In this document: positions 28,384 through 36,976 of the stretch, piece after piece
How the letters are laid out: every line of letters begins with the position of its first letter
Position numbering within the stretch: the stretch's first letter is position 1
Source: Candidatus Subterrananammoxibius californiae
GTDB lineage: Bacteria > Planctomycetota > Brocadiia > Brocadiales > Subterrananammoxibiaceae
Direction of reading: 5' to 3'
Assembly: GCA_030586555.1 (NCBI GenBank)
Contig: JAURAC010000010.1
Location: 8,730 to 72,729, forward strand
Length of the DNA stretch: 64,000 nt
Notes under the pieces: generated by a model
What the model was told of the DNA's origin: nothing
The model's input: only the letters and a program-made list of their open reading frames with translations
Database searches by the model: none
Translations under genes and position numbers: made by a program

Positions 28384-28894
28384 AGAAAAGTCTGTGGGTC
28401 TTTCTTTTAGAAATCGGGGGACCTATAATCTCGGAAAGTATAATCGCCCTCTTTAATTCGTTCTTTGGCGGGACAATTGGATGTTCTAACGGCTTTGAGA
28501 CCTCTGGTAAAGATTGCGCTTTAAGCCCTTCAAGTTGAACCAATGTACCTTTTGTAACCTCTTGTGGCTCTTCCTCAATAATAGTTTTTGGTTTGGGTCT
28601 TTTCTTCGGCTGCTTTAGAACAACGGGAGGGGCGGTTTCCTCTGTTTCATGTCTTACGGGTGGCTCCTCCTTCGGTCTTTCTATTCCCATTAATTCTTCC
28701 AGAAATCTCCTGAGTTCTTCATTGGATTTTGGTTTCTCCTTCGGGGGTGAAAAGGAAGTTCTCCGAACTTCCTTTTCACGGGCAGGAGCGGGTTTAGCCT
28801 CCGGGCGTTTCTTCCGCAAACTTTTTAAGGCGCTGGCTACTACAAATATTAATAACACAATAACCCATATAAGTTGTTCAAAACCGATATCCAT
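28382..28894 (-). CDS. Hypothetical membrane-anchored protein
   Basis: N-terminal TM; C-terminal LKRAIILSEIIGPP motif. Confidence 0.75.
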   Translation of the reverse strand: MDIGFEQLIWVIVLLIFVVASALKSLRKKRPEAKPAPAREKEVRRTSFSPPKEKPKSNEELRRFLEELMGIERPKEEPPVRHETEETAPPVVLKQPKKRPKPKTIIEEEPQEVTKGTLVQLEGLKAQSLPEVSKPLEHPIVPPKNELKRAIILSEIIGPPISKRKTHRLF

Positions 28895-28932
28895 ATTGCT
28901 TCCCTCTATTCGTAACTACATTTCTTTAATTA

Positions 28933-31242
28933 TTATAGCATCATCACAGGGTCAACATCAATGATAGCTTGTACCCCTTTTGATGGTCTGAGTTCGTCTT
29001 TTGCATCTTCGAGCATTTTTTGGAACGTTTCGTAGATTTGCGCCTTTGCTAAGATGTGCCATCTGAATTTGTTTTTTATCCTCGTAATTGGAGAAGGGGC
29101 TGGTCCAAGCACCTGTAGAGACGCAAAATCTTGCCCGCCTACCATCTGTCGGGCAGGTGTTTCAACAAACGATTTTGCAAAATTTCTTAGTCTCTCTGCT
29201 ACAATAAAAGACCTTTCCTTAACCGCTTCTAACTTACTACCTCGAAAAAGTATCATTAGCAGTTTCGAGTAAGGCGGGTAATTGAGTTGCTTACGATATT
29301 CGAGTTCCCTGCTTGCAAATTTTTTATAGTCATGCGTGGCGGCGCAAACAATACTATACTGGGCTGGATTAAATGACTGTATGACAACCCTTCCACCCTT
29401 CGGTCCTCTACCTGTGCGGCCTGATGCCTGAGCAAGTAACTGAAACGTCCTTTCACTGGCACGAAAGTCTGGAATGTTAAGCATCGTATCCGCAGATACA
29501 ATTCCTACAAGGGTAACATTCGGGAAATCAAAACCCTTTGCAATCATCTGCGTGCCGAGGAGGATGTCTACGTCTCCACGACGAAATGACGAAAGCGCCT
29601 TATCGTACACATTACGCCCCCTCATTGTATCGCTATCCATTCTCAGCACATTATGTCCAGGAAACTTTTTCTTAACCTCATCCTCAATCTTTTCCGTTCC
29701 AAACCCAAAGTGTTTTAAGGCTGTGTTCCCGCACTCAGGACATTGCTCAGGCGCTGTCGCCTCGTAGTGACAATAGTGACAGATGGCTCGAGAAATCTTT
29801 TTATGATAATTCAGCGCTATATCGCACCTCTTGCATTTCAACACAAATCCACACCTTTTGCAAGTAATAAAAGGCGTAAAACCACGCCTGTTGAGAAACA
29901 AGATTACCTGCTCCCTTCGTGCAAGGGTTTGTTCCATGCATTTCTCTAAGAGCCGGGACATGTAATGATATCCCTTTCTTTCATGAAGTTCTTGACGCAT
30001 ATCCACCACATCAACAGGCGGCAACGGTCTTCCTTCAACCCTTTTATGCAAAACAACCCTCTCGTAATTCCCAATCTGAGCGTTGCAAAAACTTTCAAGC
30101 GAAGGTGTGGCTGTACCTAATATTACGAGCGCATTGGCATGTCTTGCACGCATTATTGCCACGTCACGGGCGTGATAGCGTGGCACGTTATCTTGCTTAT
30201 ACGTGTTCTCATGTTCTTCGTCTATTATTATTACACCAAGATTATTTAAAGGGGCGAAAACGGCTGAACGAGCACCGATAACCACATCTGCCTTTCCCTC
30301 TTTTATTGTTTGCCATTGCTGGTGATGCTGGCCTCCAGAGAGGTTGCTATGGAGCACTGCAATATTATCAAAACGAGCCTTGAATCGCCAGATGGTCTGC
30401 GGGGTAAGGGCAATCTCTGGAACAAGCACAATAGCCTTGCGGCCTCTACGGATTGCTTCTTGAATGGTTTGTAGATAAACTTCTGTCTTTCCACTGCCGG
30501 TTATTCCCTGTAATAAGATAACGCCAAATCTTTCTTCTGCCAATTTGTTTCTGGCAAGGTCAAGGGCAATCTTTTGCTCATCTGTGGGGGTTAAGTGTTG
30601 TGATTTCGTTATATGTTCTTGAGTAATGGCTTCTATGGTGGGTATTTTGGTAAACTTGACTAAGCCGAGCTGCGCAAGTCTGGAAAATCCAGACGAACCA
30701 CACCCACTTAAATCCTCAAGGTCCCTTCTTGTTATGCCACCCTCGGCGTCAAGCAATATTTCAAGTGCACGAGCCTGTTTTGGAGAGCGTTTCCTGAGAT
30801 TTGTTAGTTCGGTCTTTACATCTTCTTTATCTTTTGCAAGTTCAACTATTTGAATAGACTTGCTTCGAAGACCCTTTCTAACACTACTCGGCAAAACCGC
30901 ATCGAGCGCCTCTCCCCAACCACAAAAATAATGGTCTGCCATCCATCTTGTAATACTGAGCATACTTTTGTCTAATATTAGCTCATGATTGAATACCTTT
31001 ATTATGTCCTTTGCCACTCTAACCTGCGGAGTATCTACAAAACCGACGCAGTAGCCTATCATCTGCCTCTTTCCAAATGGAACCTTAACCAGTTTCCCAA
31101 TCTTTATCTCCTCGGACATTGATGCTGGTACATGGTAGTGAAATTTTTTATCTATGGGGATGTTTAGCACAACTTCGACATATTGTTCGCCTTTGCGTCC
31201 TGAACTTGATTCAGGATGCCTTTGGCATGACTCGATGCTCAA
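28933..31242 (-). CDS. priA: Primosomal protein N' (replication restart helicase)
   Basis: GITGSGKTEVY, DEEHE, Zn-binding CxxC cluster, GTQMIAKG, GRTGR, IDVDP. Confidence 0.97.
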   Translation of the reverse strand: MSIESCQRHPESSSGRKGEQYVEVVLNIPIDKKFHYHVPASMSEEIKIGKLVKVPFGKRQMIGYCVGFVDTPQVRVAKDIIKVFNHELILDKSMLSITRWMADHYFCGWGEALDAVLPSSVRKGLRSKSIQIVELAKDKEDVKTELTNLRKRSPKQARALEILLDAEGGITRRDLEDLSGCGSSGFSRLAQLGLVKFTKIPTIEAITQEHITKSQHLTPTDEQKIALDLARNKLAEERFGVILLQGITGSGKTEVYLQTIQEAIRRGRKAIVLVPEIALTPQTIWRFKARFDNIAVLHSNLSGGQHHQQWQTIKEGKADVVIGARSAVFAPLNNLGVIIIDEEHENTYKQDNVPRYHARDVAIMRARHANALVILGTATPSLESFCNAQIGNYERVVLHKRVEGRPLPPVDVVDMRQELHERKGYHYMSRLLEKCMEQTLARREQVILFLNRRGFTPFITCKRCGFVLKCKRCDIALNYHKKISRAICHYCHYEATAPEQCPECGNTALKHFGFGTEKIEDEVKKKFPGHNVLRMDSDTMRGRNVYDKALSSFRRGDVDILLGTQMIAKGFDFPNVTLVGIVSADTMLNIPDFRASERTFQLLAQASGRTGRGPKGGRVVIQSFNPAQYSIVCAATHDYKKFASRELEYRKQLNYPPYSKLLMILFRGSKLEAVKERSFIVAERLRNFAKSFVETPARQMVGGQDFASLQVLGPAPSPITRIKNKFRWHILAKAQIYETFQKMLEDAKDELRPSKGVQAIIDVDPVMML

Positions 31243-31458
31243 TCTCTTTTCTCCGTAAGGAAATGGTCTAATCAGATTGCAGAATGGCGATTGCGGAGTG
31301 CGGAATTATTCCGAAATCCGCATTGGTAGCATGGATGGTATCATAAACAAATTAGTGTGTCAAGGGTGGGCAGAGCTGAAATAGACTTCTGGGTTGAGAT
31401 GGTGCTTTTCCCTTGACTTTAATTTTATTGAGATATAATATTAATTGTGTGGGGGTAG

Positions 31459-32100
31459 TTGCCCACTTTGGACAGGGCGCCCCGAACTACATACGAGCAA
31501 GATAGCGAGGAACTAACAATGGCAAAAACGAGGCGAATTGATGTCAAAAAGGCAGTTTTGATCCATGGTGTCTATGATGAGGACGTTACTCAATTATACG
31601 ATATCCACAGCCACGGACTAAATAAATATGGACATTCAGAATTTAGAATCCTGTGCGAATCTCTGTTTGTGCCTGATGCGGTGAGAATTATTGATGAAAT
31701 TGCAGACTATCTGCTAAATCAATGTGAAGGTACAATAAAAGCAGGCGACACTATTACTTTAAATGGAAGGGAAGTAAGGTTCTCACCCGGTACTGACCAC
31801 GAGAGTGATTCCGAGATGCTTCTTGTAGAGGGTATTCCTGGGGCTTATACATGCGGCTGGGAAAGCGCACGTCTGCCAAAAAAAGACAAAAAAGGTAATA
31901 GAAGGTTCCTATGTTTGGCTGAATCAAGGATAGGACGCGTGTATAGGGATGAAAATTTTATTTATCTTCAATATGGAAGAACCACTACCAGCCTATTGCC
32001 GCAGGAATTCGCCATATATAGAAACATGTTGAATAAAGTGCCTATCAAAGATAAGTCTTTGTTGGAAGGTAAGCTGACAAAGAGGAGAAAAAAAAATTAG
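31459..32100 (+). CDS. Hypothetical protein (likely start ATG 31519)
   Basis: 213-aa ORF; HSHGLNKYGHSE...GDTI weakly reminiscent of DUF4261/DUF4262-type domains. Confidence 0.6.
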   Translation: MPTLDRAPRTTYEQDSEELTMAKTRRIDVKKAVLIHGVYDEDVTQLYDIHSHGLNKYGHSEFRILCESLFVPDAVRIIDEIADYLLNQCEGTIKAGDTITLNGREVRFSPGTDHESDSEMLLVEGIPGAYTCGWESARLPKKDKKGNRRFLCLAESRIGRVYRDENFIYLQYGRTTTSLLPQEFAIYRNMLNKVPIKDKSLLEGKLTKRRKKN

Positions 32101-32191
32101 TAGATAGTAGTTAGTAGACAGTAGACAGGGATATGAAGCGGAGTGATTCACAGTATACAGTCTACTATTTCCTGTTTACTTTTCTTTAAAT

Positions 32192-32270
32192 GGTGAGTGT
32201 AGCTCAGCTGGTTTAGAGCATCAGACTGTGGCTCTGAGGGTCGCGGGTTCGAATCCCGTCACTCACCCCA
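32192..32270 (+). tRNA. tRNA-His(GTG)
   Basis: GGTGAGTGTAGCTCAGCTGGTTTAGAGCATCAGACTGTGGCTCTGAGGGTCGCGGGTTCGAATCCCGTCACTCACCCCA. Confidence 0.96.
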
Positions 32271-32812
32271 TACTTTTCAACGGTTTATAACCAAAAATCT
32301 CAGAAGGACTTGCGTAATAACCTATTATCATAAAGAACTTTACGCATGTCCTTTTTCATTAACCCCTTCCATTGTTTCTGTTATAGATTCTATCAGGTCT
32401 TTTTACCCCTTTTTAGCCCTCTCATGGACACCATATGGACACCAGATTCTCACTAAAATCTCACACCAGAATATCCGGGCGCCTTCTCAGGAAAGTAAAA
32501 TTGCCGATCTGGTAGATCCATTTCACCGAACAGAGCCCAGGTTCAAAGTTACTTTTATGTGTGAAATGACTCGACCTAAAAGTTTATTGTAAAGACAGTA
32601 AAAAACAAACCGGGAAAAGCTTAATTTGAGAAGATAAATTACTTGAAAATGGGGGGAAAAACAGTACAATATATGCACTAAAACAACGAGTGTTTACGGT
32701 TAGCGTAGTTAAATAAACTGTAAAACGCGCTAAGCTATATCTGTTAATACTGCTTGTGGAAGCTGTTAAGGTAAGCAGACACAAAATAAATATCTTAACA
32801 AGAGATTAAAGT

Positions 32813-34591
32813 ATGGTCCCATTCCGGTATTTCTTTGGCTTGCCTTCCGTTGATGGTTTCAAACGAAGAAATTTGTTTCTCCTCTCTCAAAAAACAACCA
32901 AAAAAAACTCACATCTTTTAAAACACGGCTTTATTTTGTTGAACATTTTTACTCTTGCAATTGTCGGTCTGGGCTTCTATGCCTTGCACGTATCACCATA
33001 TACAGAAATTAGACTGATTATTGATAATAACGCATGGGTTGTAAACCATAAAGATTGCAACAGTCCATCAGCCGCAACAAATATCTCTGTTGGAGATAAA
33101 CTCGTTAAGATCGGAAACATTTTTGTAGATAAAGATGATTTTATGAGATTTCCAGAATTCTTTCTTAAAAGATCAGAAAGAACGTGGTGGAATAAGCAAA
33201 AGGCATTTTATGAAACGCTTCGGAATAATGACACTGTCAGTATAGAAATTAACCGTGATGGTAATACACAAACGTTTGTAACTATTAATATCAGAAAGAA
33301 TATGCCTTTATCCCAAATTGTAAAAAGAACCATTCTTATATATGTAAGTTCCTTACTCAGCATGGTGATTGGGATACTTTCCTTTTTACGACGACCCACA
33401 TCATTGCTAAATGTACTTTGTGCTTTCTTCTCAGGTTTTGGTTCACTCTATTTGGCAAGCGTTGCACCAATAGCGAGTCGGGATTTGGTACTATCACCGT
33501 TATTATTCCATATACTTCTTATTGGAACATTTATTGGCGCTGGAGGCTTAATAACACTCGTCCACTTTTCTTTGGTCTTCCCGAAACAAAAGTCATTCAT
33601 CTTGTCTCATCCAAAGGGCATTTATTTCTTATATATTTACTCTCTTTTGGTGCTTTTCCTCTATCTTTCTGGAATCTGTGCCTTTGGGATGTTTTTCCCT
33701 TTTTTATCGATATGGACAATGATAATGATATGTGCCTTCTTTCATGCGTGGGTTAAGGAACAGGACCCTTTCTTAAAGCAACAAATAAGTCTAAGTCTAA
33801 TCGCGCCTGTAATTGGAGGTGTCGTGTTCGTTTTTGCTAATCTTTTACCTGCCTTCATTGGTTTGCCAACTCTGGATTTTAATTATTTTGCCCTTATCAC
33901 CCTCATACTTCCTTTTACCCTTTCATTTGCTATAGAAAATTATCATCTCTACAAAGAGAAAAATAAAAACGACCTGGAGAACCAAAGAGAAAGGACAAGA
34001 ATAATGGAAGAACTTCACGACAACTTGGGTAACGACTTGATAAATATAAAAATGTTTAGTGAGGTTATCACCAAGTACCTTCCAGAAGATATTGAAAAAG
34101 CAAGAGAATACGTAACCCTCATAAAGGATGCTTCGAAAAGTAGCATGGAACAATTAAGGGATTTCCTACGGGCCATTGATACAAAATATGCTACATGGGA
34201 TGATTTAATAAATCAGTTTAAAGAATATGGCTCAATGCTCCTGCAGGCAAGGGATGTAAATTTTGTATTTCATACGTTGAACAGTGAAGCGACACATATG
34301 ACTTCCTCTGTGAGGTTTAATTTGTACAGGATTTATAAAGAAGCTTTAGGTAATATTCTTAAACATGCTGAAGCAAAAAATGTACAAATAACTATATCTC
34401 TATCCACTAATGAAATCGAGATGAAAGTGGAAGATGATGGTAAAGGTTTTATCACAGAAGAAGTGTCAGGTAATGAATGCCACGGTATTAAAAATATGCA
34501 AAAAAGGACAAAAGAGATGGATGGGACTTTTACTCTTTATTCAGCGGAAGGGAAAGGTACACAGGTTTACATAAGGATTCCCATTGGGTGA
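32813..34591 (+). CDS. Membrane sensor histidine kinase (PDZ-like domain, multi-TM, HisKA_3, HATPase)
   Basis: SPSAATNISVGDKLVKIG; ERTRIMEELHDNLG; EALGNILKHA; DDGKGF. Confidence 0.9.
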   Translation: MVPFRYFFGLPSVDGFKRRNLFLLSQKTTKKNSHLLKHGFILLNIFTLAIVGLGFYALHVSPYTEIRLIIDNNAWVVNHKDCNSPSAATNISVGDKLVKIGNIFVDKDDFMRFPEFFLKRSERTWWNKQKAFYETLRNNDTVSIEINRDGNTQTFVTINIRKNMPLSQIVKRTILIYVSSLLSMVIGILSFLRRPTSLLNVLCAFFSGFGSLYLASVAPIASRDLVLSPLLFHILLIGTFIGAGGLITLVHFSLVFPKQKSFILSHPKGIYFLYIYSLLVLFLYLSGICAFGMFFPFLSIWTMIMICAFFHAWVKEQDPFLKQQISLSLIAPVIGGVVFVFANLLPAFIGLPTLDFNYFALITLILPFTLSFAIENYHLYKEKNKNDLENQRERTRIMEELHDNLGNDLINIKMFSEVITKYLPEDIEKAREYVTLIKDASKSSMEQLRDFLRAIDTKYATWDDLINQFKEYGSMLLQARDVNFVFHTLNSEATHMTSSVRFNLYRIYKEALGNILKHAEAKNVQITISLSTNEIEMKVEDDGKGFITEEVSGNECHGIKNMQKRTKEMDGTFTLYSAEGKGTQVYIRIPIG

Positions 34592-34756
34592 TAATCTAAT
34601 TTAAAAATTCACCCAATTGGGTTATATACAAAGCTAATTTCTATCGTTATACTATTTTTTATATTTGTGGTAGTCGGTCCAGGTTAAATCTCTAACCAAA
34701 AATTTGCTTTGCGCACTAAAAAGTGCAAATTGTCGATTCAAAGGAGCAAAATAAAA

Positions 34757-35404
34757 ATGCCTATTAATGCAACTATCATAGAAGATGATAAGAAATTACT
34801 TGAATGCCTAAATATACTTCTGGATGGCTCAAAAGTTATAAAGGTAATTGGGGCTTTCCCCTCGGGGGAAAAAGCATTAGAAGCAATAGCTAATATACCA
34901 CCAGATGTTGTCATTGTTGACCTCCATCTTCCAGACATTTCTGGTATTGAAGTAATTGAAGAGATAAAGAGATTTTCACCAGAAGTAGACATTTTAGTTC
35001 TTACTAAGTTTGATGATGATGAGCATTTATTCTCTGCCCTCAAAGCCGGGGCAGTTGGTTACCTATTAAAGGATGCCTCCCCTGCGGAGATAATCAAGGC
35101 GATTGACGAAGTTTATAGGGGTTATGCACCAATGTCTGGAAGAATCGCCAGGCGTATCTTAGAAAAGTTTCATGACCTTCCAAAGCTAAAAAAGCATAAT
35201 GACACGGTTCTCACTCAAAGGGAAAATGAAATCTTGAAAATACTTTCCAATGGATTCACCCCAAAAGAAATAGGAGGTAAGTTATTTATAGATTATGAGA
35301 CTGTTCGTTCCCACTTAAAACACATATACAAAAAGCTTCATGCAAGCTCTAAAATAGAGGCAATTACCAAGGCCAAGGATAAGAGACTAATTCTAGGAGA
35401 TTAG
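34757..35404 (+). CDS. NarL/LuxR-family response regulator
   Basis: IIEDD, VDLHLP, GAVGYLLKD; LTQRENEIL...ETVRSHLKHIYKKL; ATG after AAGGAG. Confidence 0.93.
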   Translation: MPINATIIEDDKKLLECLNILLDGSKVIKVIGAFPSGEKALEAIANIPPDVVIVDLHLPDISGIEVIEEIKRFSPEVDILVLTKFDDDEHLFSALKAGAVGYLLKDASPAEIIKAIDEVYRGYAPMSGRIARRILEKFHDLPKLKKHNDTVLTQRENEILKILSNGFTPKEIGGKLFIDYETVRSHLKHIYKKLHASSKIEAITKAKDKRLILGD

Positions 35405-35487
35405 ATAAATTATACTGCTCCCCATTAAGAAGTGAGGTGCAAATTAGGAGAAAATCTCCTATAATTTCACCTCAGAAAGGGGAGCTT

Positions 35488-35781
35488 ATGAAATACCGTA
35501 AATGGGACCCAAAAACCAAAATGAGAATTGTCCTTGAAGGCATGGGAAATAAGATGCCGCTGGCCGAGCTCTGTAACAAGTACCAAATCGGTCAAGGCCA
35601 GTTTTACTACTGGCTAAAAGAACTCCAGAGCAAAGGACACAAGGTCTTTGAATCTGAAAAACAAACTAAAAAAGAACAAAGGTTGCTTGAAGAAATCAAT
35701 AAACTCAAGCGTATTATCGCAGAACTGAGCATCGAGCTTAAAAAAACAGAACTCGAGTTACAAGAAGGAGGCGAACTGTGA
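35488..35781 (+). CDS. IS3 transposase OrfA (HTH)
   Basis: RKWDPKTKMRIVLE...ELCNKYQI...FYYW; C-terminal leucine zipper. Confidence 0.9.
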   Translation: MKYRKWDPKTKMRIVLEGMGNKMPLAELCNKYQIGQGQFYYWLKELQSKGHKVFESEKQTKKEQRLLEEINKLKRIIAELSIELKKTELELQEGGEL

Positions 35782-36539
35782 GAAGGCAAATTGAAGATAA
35801 GCGCATCCTTCTTCAAATTCAGATGATTAAGTCCGAACACCCCTTTTGGGGTTATAGGCGTGTCTGGGCCTATATGAAGTATCGCCTTAATCAAACTGTA
35901 AACAAGAAGCGTATCTACCGCATTATGAAAGAAAACAATCTTTTAGTAACGCCTAATCTAAGACTCAAGGCCAGGCGTGATAACCAGTCCAACAGGAATA
36001 AGCCCAGGGCTAACCGGCCAAATCAATTCTGGGGCACAGACATGACAAAGGTCCTCATTGGCCCTTTTGGCTGGCTATACTTGGTCGTCGTCCTTGACTG
36101 GCATACCAAAAAGATAGTGGGCTGCTCTATTTCAAGCCATTCTCGTACCGAGGACTGGCTCGATGCCCTTAACGACGCCTGTAACAGGCAATTTCCTGCT
36201 GGCGTACTGCGGAAACAAGAAGGACTTTACCTGGTCAGCGATAATGGCTCACAGCCGACTTCAAAGAAATACATGCAAGCATGCTCCGTGTTAGAAATCA
36301 AGCAGGTCTTTGCCAGTTACAATAACCCAAAAGGCAACGCAGACACAGAACGGGTAATGAGAACCATCAAAGAGGACCTTTTCTGGATAAGAGAGTTTTC
36401 ATCACCCATTGAATTCACAGAGGCGTTCAGGAAATGGGTTGAGGATTACAACAATGATTATCCCCACTCAACCCTCGATTACTTAACACCGTGTCAATTT
36501 GAGAAAGAACAGTTACTCCAAACTGCAGGAGCAAATTAA
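35778..36539 (+). CDS. IS3 transposase OrfB (DDE integrase core)
   Basis: WGYRR, WGTDMT, SDNGSQ, GNADTER, YNNDYPHSTL. Confidence 0.93.
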   Translation: MRRQIEDKRILLQIQMIKSEHPFWGYRRVWAYMKYRLNQTVNKKRIYRIMKENNLLVTPNLRLKARRDNQSNRNKPRANRPNQFWGTDMTKVLIGPFGWLYLVVVLDWHTKKIVGCSISSHSRTEDWLDALNDACNRQFPAGVLRKQEGLYLVSDNGSQPTSKKYMQACSVLEIKQVFASYNNPKGNADTERVMRTIKEDLFWIREFSSPIEFTEAFRKWVEDYNNDYPHSTLDYLTPCQFEKEQLLQTAGAN

Positions 36540-36771
36540 AGATGTCAGATTTATTAAAAAAGGGGTTGAAGGGGGAAAATAATTTTCCCCCTTCCACACC
36601 AGACATATATCCAGCAAATGGGATGACACAGCCGGTAGTTTCGGCAGTGGCAGCCTATTTGCCGAGTAAAATAAAGGCACAACACGTGACATTTTCTACT
36701 GGTTGTCGTACTACTAAAAATTACACTTGACTAACAGGGAGCAGTACAAAATAAGGTTTTTTTTATCATAG

Positions 36772-36809
36772 CTGTCCAAATTAGCTTTCTAGAGAAATCA
36801 TTTGGACAG
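36772..36809 (+). terminator. Hairpin downstream of the IS and response regulator
   Basis: CTGTCCAAAT...ATTTGGACAG inverted repeat. Confidence 0.35.
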
Positions 36810-36976
36810 TAATATTCATGTATATGATTTTATGACGTTGATATATGACGATAACTTTTGGCTCGTTAATATATCCAAAATATAGTTTCATTATCAAGGA
36901 AAACAAAATAGCAGGTATTGTTGTTGATGGTATTTCCATAGTAAAGAAGTTAGCAGTTTTATTGGGGGAATGAATT

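Larger units (their letters stand above)
35411..36748 (+). mobile_element. IS3-family insertion sequence
   Basis: Terminal IRs TATACTGCTCCC... and ...GGGAGCAGTACA; AAAT duplicated at 35407-35410 and 36749-36752; orfA/orfB with A7 slippery run at 35740-35746. Confidence 0.92.

Noticed and set aside
692..31242. Many 60-190 aa ORFs antisense to or nested in recognised genes (e.g. 15096-15665, 22891-23442, 4505-4972)
   Set aside because: Shadow frames of well-supported genes, with no motifs of their own
32584..32784. 66-aa minus-strand ORF near the island edge
   Set aside because: AT-rich intergenic sequence with no motif or clear ribosome-binding site
36542..36730. 62-aa ORF after the transposase
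   Set aside because: Lies inside the IS right end, with no recognisable motif
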